From Dudresnaya verticillata (taxonomy: Eukaryota), in the NCBI GenBank assembly GCA_977862235.1, contig OZ374565.1, positions 1,240,001 through 1,304,000 on the forward strand: 64,000 nt of DNA, written 5' to 3'. Position numbers and translations under genes: made by a program. Numbering within the stretch: the stretch's first letter is position 1; every line of letters starts with the position of its first letter. This document shows, piece by piece, positions 22,741 to 33,360 of the stretch. Under the pieces are notes generated by a model that was given only the letters and a program-made list of their open reading frames with translations, searched no databases and was not told where the DNA came from.

Positions 22741-24812
22741 TTCAATCTTGGGATGATGATATTGGGCTTCTGTAAGGGTGAACAACCAACCAAGAGGGGA
22801 CGTGCGATCTGCATTGCAGTAACCGACCGCGATGGCGCAGGGCACTGTAGAAAGCGCGCCTGGTGTCCCACGGGAGTTCGAAGCAATCCTTGTGGGTGAT
22901 GTATCCAAGGGCAATGGGGAAAATGGAAAACGCTTGCTCGCGGTTACGTGTACACTTCTGCGAATATGACAGGTGGTCACGAAAACTTCCGCCCCATCGA
23001 TCCAGAGTCGATTCTTCTGTCGTGTCACGGAGAAGTGGGTTTCAAGTTTCCGACGCTGGTGTTGGACAGGTCTCGGAATGATTATCCAAGATAGTGTGTC
23101 CTAACCGAAGAAGACCTGGACTGGAATGTCGGACAGGAGTGGGACGCTAATCCTGTCGACTGTCTGCTTTGCTTTTGCAGACGCAATAAAGGCGTTGCAG
23201 TTCTGCTTGGCGGTCCCGGTGCGCGTGATGAGAACGGGTCGTTGTCTTAGCATCGTTACCGGGAGGCGAGACGAGTATTTGCACGGAACAATCTCCTGTC
23301 TCGTGCTTGGGCTTCAGTCATGAATACGGTTACGAGTCTCAGCGGGGATGGTATAGGTCTCAAGGTGCAGGAGAAATCGAAGGACATGCCACAGCATGTT
23401 CGCAAGTTGGATCAGCTTGGTCCATTGATTTATCAGTTGGGTGAAGGGCTCAATATTGTGGGCTTGTCCAAGAAGGTGAAGAAGTAATTGAGGAAGGATG
23501 GGTTTAGTTGGATAACTAACACAACTATCCAAGCCAGGGGTCTGTGGCTTGTGAGGTTGTGCGATCCTCCGTCGATGGATGATTGGGTTGCAGTCGATGC
23601 AGGAAAAAGTCTTATCTGGGATTCGGAAGAAGAGCGGCCTGTGAAGTTTTCCATGGAAAGGAATATGGAGAGGTTGAAGTTGAACAAGATGAGAAAAGGA
23701 AGTCGCTTGACTTCGTTGAAGTCGCTTGACTTCGTTTACTGCAGTCGATCATCCGACAAGGCTTATATCGGCTTTTCGGATGAGTTGCTGCGTGAACACA
23801 AACAAAAAACCATTAAAGAAACGCCCAAAATCCCTATCATCAAATGGGCGGGAAAAAGTAAAGCAATCAAATCTACCAAATCATACTCTCAGCACACTCA
23901 CATCCGCCACCAAAATGGGTGGGAACTTGCACACCAGTGTTGCTAACTGCTGACATCAGCAATCCCTCTTGCGACCGCATTTCCTGCCATCCATATGTAC
24001 TCCAACTTTGGGCGGGAACGTGAAAGTATCGAGTGTCCCCGCATGGCTGCAGTCGGACAACGCTGCACACCACGTGGCCGCACTTACCAGCTCAAGTCCG
24101 TCCATGAATATCCAACTTGGATCATTGACCACGCAATCACCCAGATTTGCCTACGTGGCAGCTGTAAACCAACGTGTCGGCCGCACGACAGCTACGTGCC
24201 AACTGTAAACCAACGTGTTGGCCGCGCGACTTCAACGTGGCAACTGTAAACCAACGTGTCGGCCGCACGACAACTGCATCTGCTGATATCACAAGCCAGG
24301 CTCCACGTAGCGCAAGTCCCTGCAGTACCAACTCAGACGCCATCAGCACATTGCATGGCACGTTCATGTGTACTTGTGGAGTACAGTGCGCGTCATACCA
24401 ATACCATTCCATGCCATACCACGTGCATCCATGTGGTCCAATCAGATTGTTCCACTTGGCCGTTTCTGTTATAACCGCCAATTCCAGCACAACACTTGTA
24501 ACCCATATAGACCATGGAGGCGGTTTGGAACAACCAATCAGAAGCCCGTTTCACGTTGCTTTTACAAAAGGCCTAAATGCGCCGTGATTTTGGAAGCCCG
24601 GAAAAGGGGCTGTCGTTTCCGGAAGGTTTGGTGACAGCGTGCCAGGGTGCCATCTGGGGTGCCTGACCCGTGACGTGAGGCGCCAGCGACCATGTCCCCA
24701 ACATTCCAAGATTACACTGCGCATGTGCGCCGGTAATGCTTCCAGAAAATTGTATTTGGGGGAAGTCTATGAGTTGAAGTTGCCATTATTGGGGAAGTGT
24801 AGAGGTAGTTAA
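22741..24812 (+). pseudogene. Degenerate ORF of unknown function, possibly cysteine-peptidase-like, split by solo LTR
   Basis: Single frame with 4 stops from 22741 to 23653, resumes in frame after LTR/TSD (FS|KITLRMCAG); C-terminal WVAVDAGKSLIWDSEEERP. Confidence 0.5.
23654..24703 (-). mobile_element. Solo LTR of the young Copia family
   Basis: Reverse complement of 31388-32420 LTR; TSD TTCCA on both sides. Confidence 0.93.
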
Positions 24813-25570
24813 TTCTTCTTCTCAGCTGTTGCTCGGGGCTTGGGAACAGTTGCTGTTGGAATCCAACGGGTGTTTCGATACTTGAAATCTTGCAGCATGA
24901 ACACTGTTCATTCGCCAGGTGTTTTGGAGCGGTTCTCGGAGACAGCGGCGGCTAGTCTCTTGTTAGGTTTTGCCTTGGTCATTGAATCTGCGGGGTTGCT
25001 GGCACCAGGGATGAGGCATACTGAAGCAATTCTTCCGTCTTGAATCGGTTCGCGGCATTGGTGCCCAATCTCGGGGATAGAGGGACTGTTTCATTCATAA
25101 GGTTGCCCCAGAGAGCCTGGTTGTCGATGTTTACGATAATGGGTACTTCCTTCTTGGCAAGCTGGAAGACGATAATTCGCAAGTCGTTGATACAGCGAAG
25201 TGCAGGATCTAATGCCATAAGCTCCGACTCTTCCGTCGAGTTTGCTCGTCGTAGGGCACCGGACCTCTGCCAGTGGACCGTTGAAGACATCGTTGCGATA
25301 TGAGATGCTGATAAGGAAGCCAATTTGCGCATGCTTCGTGGCCAGGTTTTGGAAAGGGGCATCTGAGTATACGCGGATATGGGTGGACTTCTCATCCAGC
25401 GGAGCGAACTTGAGGCTTGCGTGTCCACTGTTAACACTGATTTTTACAGCTTCAGAACAGAATTTTCCAATTTAAACAGAATCAGAAACACCCCCCTTTT
25501 GTTACGTATGTACATGCATTCGACAGAGGAGAACGAGTTGAGAACAATGGTGGAAACCGTGTACTCTAAA
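24809..25570 (-). pseudogene. Copia-type RT end/RNase H fragment
   Basis: AYTQMP (degenerate YxD), WQRSGALRRANSTEESELMALD, NIDNQAL, NPADSMTK. Confidence 0.7.
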
Positions 25571-26233
25571 GCCTAGCCGTTCCGAAGTTATAGTCGTCCG
25601 CACACAGCTAAATGCGCCCCTGAAATGTCCCGAATTTCCTCTGAAATTTTCCGGAAATATTTCTCAGAAATTGCCCCGGGGCCCCGCCAATGCCCCGCGG
25701 GCCAGGCCCGACTTGCCGCAATTTGCCACCGGGCCCGGGCCGCCCTTGGACACTGCGAAGTGTTCAACATCCCTGCGCACGGCCCATCTGCTCACATCGC
25801 AACTGTGGTGCGTTATTATTCACAACTCCGTACGTTTTATTATACCTATTTTCGAGTTGAACACCGTCGAGGAAAGGGCGGGCTGAATTTCTATTGGAGG
25901 TGGTATTCCCTCACCGCGCGGTGCTGCACTTACCATGGTCAGCGCTCATTTCGAGCGAATACCAGGTTCAACTGTTTCGCCCGGAAAGAATTCTGAAAGC
26001 TATTTCGTCTGTTGGGTTTAAACGCGACAGGGGAGATTGTAACCACAGAGATCTTGAACATTTCCCCGCTGTAGGCGACAATGTGAGTACAACGGCTGCG
26101 GAAAGCACCGCGAAAGGCACCTGGTCAGTGCAGGACATGTGTCTTCCTGGTGAATCCGTAGACGGACTTATTCAGCGCGTTGGTGTGGATCCCATAATCA
26201 CTGCGATGATTGCAACGGAAGAAGCAGGGAAAC

Positions 26234-27244
26234 TGTTGAGGACATGGTCGCTGGCGCCTCACGTCACGGGTCAGGCACCCCAGATGGCACCCTGGCACGC
26301 TGTCACCAAACCTTCCGGAGACGACAGCCCTTTTTCCGGGCTTCCAAAATCACGGCGCATTTAGGCCTTTTGCAAAAGCAACGTGAAACGGGCTTCTGAT
26401 TGGTTGTTCCAAACCCCCTCCATTGTCTATATGGGTTACAAGTGTTGTGCTGGAATTGGCGGTTATAACAGGAACGGCCAAGTGGAACGATCTGATTGGA
26501 CCACATGGATGCACGTGGTATGGCATGGAATGGTATTGGTATGACGCGCACTGTACTCCACAAGTACATATGAACGTGCCATGCAATGTGCTGATGGCGT
26601 CTGAGTTGGTACTGCAGGGACTTGCGCTACGTGGAGCTTGACTTGTGATATCAGCAGGTGCAGTTGTCGTGCGGCCGACACGTTGGTTTCCAGTGGGCAC
26701 GTAGCTGTCGTGCGGCCGACACGTTGGTTTAAAGCTGCCACGTAGGCACATCTGGGTGATTACGTGGTCAATGATCCAAGTTGGATATTCATGGACGGAC
26801 TTGAGCTGGTAAGTGCGGCCACGTGGTGTGCAGTGTTGTCCGACTGCAGCCATGCGGGGACACTCGATACTTTCGAGTTCCCGCCCAAAGTTGGAGTACA
26901 TATGGATGGCAGGAAACGCGGTCGCAAGAGGGATTGCTGATGTCAGCAGTTAGCAACACTGGTGTGCAAGTTCCCGCCCATTTTGGTGGCGGATGTGAGT
27001 GTGCTGAGAGTATGATTTGGCAGATTTGGTTGCTTTACTTTTTCCCGCCCATTTGATGATAGGGATTTTGGGCGTTTCTTTAATGATTTGTTTCGTTTGT
27101 GTTCACGCAGCAACTCATCCGAAAAGCCGATATAAGCCTTGTCGGATGATCGACTGCAGTAAACGAAGTCAAGCGACTTCAACGAAGTCAAGCGACTTCC
27201 TTTTCTCATCTTGTTCAATTTCAACCTCTCCATATTCCTTTTCA
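26234..27244 (+). repeat. Solo LTR of young Copia family lacking TSD
   Basis: TGTTGAGGACATGG...CCTTTTCA; flanks GAAAC vs AATGA differ. Confidence 0.9.
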
Positions 27245-29056
27245 AATGAAGAGGCTCCTCGTGATCGCGGAAGACCTCATCGCGCAAGTTTTGTAACTCC
27301 TTTAGCTTCGCGGAGTCATTGATTCGCAGCTCCTTTGAGCGTAAGCGCTTGCTTACTTCTTCTTTATCTGGAGGGGAGATTATCGCAGTGGAAGGTGTCT
27401 TTCCCAACTCGGGTGGGAATAACAAGAAACCTTGTTTAGGTCCCTTTGTTTTTAACGCCTTCCACGAATCCTTGCAACCCACTCGTACCTCACACGTCGT
27501 CTTATAATAAGCTGCAGTAGAGCCGGAGTCCAGTTCCGATCTGGACAATTTGAAGTAGCGAAAGTGGGAGAAAGGCTCAACCCCCCAATACACTTTTCCT
27601 GTTTGCAGAGTCCGGACCCGTTCGCGATGTGTCGCATGCGCGTCACTATAGGCGCGGGTGTGTACGATTGGCGTAGTTCCTCCGTCAAGTCCTGTATAGT
27701 CACCGCGTCGTGGATGCGAAGCCTCCTGGAGGTGCAACAAAAAAATTTGGTCGATGTCGGCATGTGTGTGCCCGATTGGCAAGAAAGACATATGCACTTC
27801 AGTTAATACTCCCCGGGACACGAGCGACTCCAAGTACGCGAGTAGGAACGTGTTCTTGTTTTCACGTGTACAGTTGTCTCCTTGCAGAAAGAGAGTGCCC
27901 CGGACCTCCCCTCTATCATATTTGGTTGCTAACACGCGGTACAACGCCTCAACAATATGGTTTGCACCGGATTCGAACTCGTCAGTCATTGTTAATAACG
28001 ACAATCGATCTGCAGCACCGTGGTACAGTACGCCTATTAACTTTGCTGCCAGCGCATGACCCGTTGTGGCTTTCGATCGAACATGGAAGTGCGGCAGACC
28101 ATACGCCGATTGATCTGCACCATCGATAATCATTGGACAATACCTTGTCGGCGAGAGTTTTGCCATGTCGCATTTCTTCCGGTACTCGATTCTTTCCAGC
28201 CTTACCATCTCTATATGCCGCCTGCAGCGCTGTCTCAATCCCTCCGTCGCCGTCTGGTCGGACCCCCTGACGTCATGCGGGCAAGTTGGTCCCTCACAGT
28301 CTCGCACTCGGCACACTTCGCAAATCGGTGGGTTTGCGCACCTTGATCCTTGCGCAATGTGTAGCCCAAACAGTTTAAAAGTAGCTCTGAGAGGGCGGCG
28401 TCTTTCCCCGGTACAATTTGGCAAGCTCACGTACAAAGACGTTGTAGACCGCCTGCTTTTGAAAGAAGGGCAGATGGAGCTCATCTTCGTCTGGCATTGC
28501 GTCAGATGTAGCTTCCGCTAACCTCTCTAAGAAGCTCCCAATGAGTTCAAGAGAGCTGTGGAAGCATCTCGCGAGCTCTTTCCGGGGCCAGTTCGCCTTC
28601 GGGCATGTCTTGTCCCTTTCGTCGATGACTGCAAGTCCCTCGAAAATCCAAATGCCCGTTCCAGAAATGTGTAACACACCGGCCTGGCGTTGAAGAAGTA
28701 CATATTCGAGTTGGGTCCAACAGTCTTCGTAGATATGCCCGCCGAGCTGCCCCATTCATTGCAATTGTAAGCATTGCTTCCTCCTGCACATATGTGCTTT
28801 CGATTGTTCCAAAGCATTGTTTGGACTGACAGCATACCCACGATGAGATGTTTGCGCTCTCAAGGTCTTCGAGCAGTTTCCGGCGCTTGCTGGCCATCAA
28901 CGGTGTAGTGGGGTTGCCTCTCGGCCTGTTGTGATAGACGTAGCGTCGGTTCTGCCGAGTGTTTTGTTCTTCCATGTGCATGTCCTCCTCTTCCGGTCCT
29001 GGGCTGGCAGCAGCATTTGTCTCCGTAGGAGGGCTGGACATTGCGTTTGGTTCCAC
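27245..29056 (-). pseudogene. Sola-like DDD DNA transposase, frameshifted, truncated by LTR
   Basis: IIDGADQ, GANHIVEAL, LFLQGDNCTRENKN, SFLPIGHTHADIDQIF; N-terminal Cys-rich CCQSKQC; superfamily assignment from motif recall. Confidence 0.65.
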
Positions 29057-30093
29057 TGGCCCTTCTGTTTCAGCCCCTCCTCCGCTTTTTCAAGCGTATC
29101 GCTATCGTCCCCCTCTCTCCCCGGTACATATGCCTCGTCACTAGATTCTTCTTCTTGCGGAGTAGGTCCATCTGCTAGGTTTAAAACCTGTGGCCGAGGT
29201 GGCCATGCAGGTCTGGTTCGAAGTGTGTACTGTAGAGGAGATGACAGGAGACGCTGTTAATGCTGGCGACGGTGCTGTTTGCGGGGAATCCACAGTGAGT
29301 CGCTTTACTCCTCTCCCAGCCTTGGGTGGTGTTTTCACGGCCTGTTTACGCCTTTTTCGACGTGTCGCGGGGGTTGGTGTGTGAGGTTTACTATTGGAGC
29401 GGCCGGCAACGTGTTTGTTGCGCATCTGCGACACGTCCCAAACATGCATTCCAACCTCGAGACCGCGAAGAGTAGCAGGTCGATCTTCTACGCCCTTGTA
29501 GGTGTAACACTATGGCTTCGAAGCAAACTCTGCCTCTATCTTGACCTTGTAAATGACCGCCAATTTTTGCCCTTCCTCCTCGACTTCTTGCAAATAATGC
29601 CCATGTAGTCTAGTGCAATAGCATCCTGTACTGTCCGCTGCACTAGGCCCTGGCGGGACGAGCGGCTCAGCTGTGCCGACTATCAGCCCTTTGTCGAGCA
29701 ACTGAACACGCCTTCGAGTAGGGGAAGTAGCAGTTTCCTTGCCATCATTATCTTCACGCACTGCAGCTGAAGATGTCGACATTTCTGGTCCAGATTGCCG
29801 ACCATTTTCGTCTCCGCGTGGCGGAGATCTCCTTCCAGCTGATGATACCACCGGGAATTAATACTGAGGAGGCGACGGCAGGTGTCGGCGCTGGTGATAC
29901 GTCTGGGAGATATTGCGAAATGGCGTGGAACCACCTGACTTGCCAGTCTGATTCTAGGAGGTTCTGATATTTTCAGAAAGAGAACACGCAAATTTGCCTA
30001 ACCGGACGCATCCCAGCGCCAGAAGGCCATGGGTAAACCGGCTTTTACCTGCCACATTACCCAACCCCTATCAATATCAACAGCGCATGTTAT

Positions 30094-30460
30094 GTGTTCC
30101 TACTCGACGGGGTGGACGTACATGAGATCAAATTTCTCTCGCCGAGATATCAGATCGGTATTATAACGCAAACACCGGCCTTGTTCAGGACGTCAAATAG
30201 CAACAGTATTGCATTGGGCGGGGTGGCTCTCATTACCAAAGACAAGAAGACTGAGAAGGTCTTGGCGACGTCTCGAGAAGTTGCAGTAGATGAGATCTTT
30301 GCAGCTGCGAAGTTTTCGGACGCTAATGGTTCTGTCTCAAAACGCCCTTAGGGGTACTGCACATTGTTTGGGGAACGAGGCGCTACGATTAGGAGTGGGA
30401 GGAAGCAGCGGGTATGTATTGCTCGAACTCTCGTGACAAATCAATCCCAAGATTTTCAGT
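30094..30460 (+). pseudogene. ABC transporter (ABCB/MDR-like) NBD fragment, Q-loop to signature region
   Basis: LLDGVDV..IGIITQTPALF..GERGATIRSGRKQRVCIAR..NPKI. Confidence 0.75.
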
Positions 30461-30520
30461 GGGCTTTGTTATTGGTCCCGACACGCCTTTGTATTGCCTG
30501 ATTTGGGCTATGATTTACTT

Positions 30521-30782
30521 TTACGGTTTCGGTTGAACTGGCTGGGCGTCTTCTTCCGCAAGGTCTTCCGTCTCTTTCTCATTGCGCTTGTCGATCAAAC
30601 CTCCATGCTTTCCTCTCTCGACAATAATCCATCTTGGAGACATGAGATCGCATCGGTGCTCTTTGACAGTTGGCAATCTATGTGCAATCGTGATGGTTGT
30701 TCGGCCTGCAGCTGCTTTTTCCAAGGCATCCTGTACTATTATCTCGCCGGCCGTGTCAACACTGGCATCGGACGCATCCAAG
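30521..30782 (-). pseudogene. ABC transporter NBD fragment, Walker B to H-loop region (inverted)
   Basis: LDASDASVDTAGEIIVQDALEKAAAGRTTITIAHRLPTVK..IVERGKH. Confidence 0.8.
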
Positions 30783-31280
30783 TAAACCAACGTGTCGGCC
30801 GCACGACAGCTACGTGCCAACTGTAAACCAATGTGTCGGCCGCACGACAACTGCATCTGCTGATATCACAAGTCAGGCTCCACGTAGCGCAAGTCCCTGC
30901 AGTACCAGCTCAGACGCCATCAGCACATTGCATGGCACGTTCATATGTACTTGTGGAGTACAGTGCGCGTCATACCAATGCCATTCCATGCCATACCACG
31001 TGCATCCATGTGGTCCAATCAGATCGTTCCACTTGGCCGTTCCTGTTATAACCGCCAATTCCAGCACAACACTTATAACCCATATAGACCACGGAGGCGG
31101 TTTGGAACAACCAATCAGAAGCCCGTTTCACGTTGCTTTTGCAAAAGGCCTAAATGCGCCGTGATTTTGGAAGCCCGGAAAAAGGGCTGTCGTCTCCGGA
31201 AGGTTTGGTGACAGCGTGCCAGGGTGCCATCTGGGGTGCCTGACCCGTGACGTGAGGCGCCAGCGACCATGTCCTCAACA
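30783..31280 (-). repeat. Truncated LTR of young Copia family
   Basis: Reverse complement of first ~500 bp of LTR; breaks inside 41-bp tandem array. Confidence 0.9.
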
Positions 31281-32420
31281 CCCATCTACAATCAACCACG
31301 TCTAGGACGCACCGCTACATAGGCACGACAAAAATGCTAAGCCAGCGGAAACGGGTCTCCCCCAAACGATGTCTCTCGACGATCATCTGTTGAGGACATG
31401 GTCGCTGGCGCCTCACGTCACGGGTCAGGTACCCCAGATGGTACCCTGGCACGCTTTCACCAAACCTTCCGGAGACGACAGCCCTTTTTCCGGGCTTCCA
31501 AAATCACGGCGCATTTAGGCCTTTTGCAAAAGCAACGTGAAACGGGCTTCTGATTGGTTGTTACAAACCGCCTCCATGGTCTATATGGCTTACAAGTGTT
31601 GTGCTGGAATTGGCGGTTATAACAGGAACGGCCAAGTGGAACGATCTGATTGGACCACATGGATGCACGTGGTATGGCATGGAATGGTACTGGTATGACG
31701 CGCACTGTACTCCACAAGTACATATGAACGTGCTATGCAATGTGCTGATGGCGTCTGAGTTGGTACTGCAGGGACTTGCGCTACGTGGAGCCTGGCTTGT
31801 GATATCAGCAGATGCAGTTGTCGTGCGGCCAACACGTCGGTTTACAGTTGCCACGTAGCTGTCGTGCGGCCGACACGTTGGTTTACAGTCGGCACGTAGG
31901 TGTCGTGCGGCCGACACGTTGGTTTACAGCTGCCACGTAGGCAAATCTGGGTGATTACGTGGTCAATGATCCAAGTTGGATATTCATGGACGGACTTGAG
32001 CTGGTAAGTGCGGCCACGTGGTGTGCAGCGTTGTCCGACAGCAGCCATGCGGGGACACTCGATACTTTCGAGTTCCCGCCCAAAGTTGGAGTACATATGG
32101 ATGGCAGGAAATGCGGTCGCAAGAGGGATTGCTGATGTCAGCAGTTAGCAACACTGGTGTGCAAGTTCCCGCCCATTTTGGTGGCGGATGTGAGTGTGCT
32201 GAGAGTATGATTTGGTAGATTTAATTGTTTTACTTTTTCCAGCCCATTTGATGATAGGGATTTTGGGCGTTTCTTTAATGATTTGTTTTGTTTGTGTTCA
32301 CGCAGCAACTCATCCGAAAAGCTGATATAAGCCTTGTCGGATGGTCGACTGCAGTAAACGAAGTCAAGCGACTTCCATTTCTCATCTTGTTCAACTCCAA
32401 CCTCTCCATATTCCTTTTCA

Positions 32421-32434
32421 GGTTATGGGCCCAG
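32421..32434 (+). promoter_or_regulatory. PBS complementary to internal half of tRNA-iMet
   Basis: GGTTATGGGCCCAG directly after LTR, as in Drosophila copia; also at 55496, 58876 and (minus strand, AGTTATGGGCCCAG) ~50202-50215. Confidence 0.85.
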
Positions 32435-33360
32435 AAGGTCGACCTACGCAGACTTCATCGCTTCGCTGCAACCTTCTTCCTTTTTCTTTTCATTCTTGAT
32501 ACTGTCCGGTCCCGTCCTGGCCTGTCCTGTCTGCTTGTGTCCTGTCCTGTCGGCTTGTGTCCTGTCCTGTCTGCTTGTTGTCTGTTGAAAGTGGTCCCTA
32601 TCCCACTGTGTCGGCTTGTGTCTCTGATTTTGTGAGAGAGTTCTCGAGGCTCTCGTCCGCTGTTGTCTTGGTCCGTGAGCTTGCTGAGAGGTTGAGTGTT
32701 GTGCGTGGTGACTCTCGTTAAGTCAGGACCTCGTTGGCCTAGGGGAGCAGCCTCCAGTAAGATCCAGAACCTTGACACGGTTGGGCCTAGTTCCATTCCT
32801 GCAAGAGACTGGACCTGTTCGTGTGGTGAACACTCGTTTTGAGTTAGTACCCATAAGGTGGACGTCTCGTAAGGATTGCATACTTCGTGTCTGTGTGCGC
32901 ACGACACGAAAGGGCTGCTGAAAGACGCATTTCACCCGGAGAATCATATCCGGGGGCCAGGAGTCCGACTCCTAGGGGTGACTAGGTAGAACCTGGTGCC
33001 AGAACATCCCGCGTCAAACAAAAAGACGTTCAACTATCAAGAATCAACTTTTCAACTTCAAGTTTCAACTTTTCTTCTTCAGTCCAGGTGATCCCATCAT
33101 CACCTGAGAGTTTCATTACTCCAAGCGTGGGAGCTACTTGGCAAAGTGTGCTCCGCTTGTGACTGTATTATATTACCGACGTGTTCGACACATTTCTCAG
33201 TTTCGTCGTCACGTCTTCGTTGTGTGAGCTGCACTGCTCTGCTTAACACGACTATTACCCTCTGGGCATCGACACTGTTGCACTAACAGCACTGCCCCAA
33301 GTTCACCAAGTCTTCTAAAACTATTCAAGTTATCTCTTCTCAGCATCAGTCCCAACAGCG

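Noticed and set aside
23969..24634. Recurrent short ORFs (MYLWSTVRV..., MYSNFGRE...) seen many times
   Set aside because: Recurrence is explained by LTR copies; lengths vary and frames overlap, no coding evidence
25598..30009. CGTCCG/CGGACG as Sola termini
   Set aside because: Only 6 bp of inverted match and no TSD
31820..31942. CRISPR-like array
   Set aside because: Head-to-tail 41-bp units with no unique spacers, inside LTRs; no cas genes
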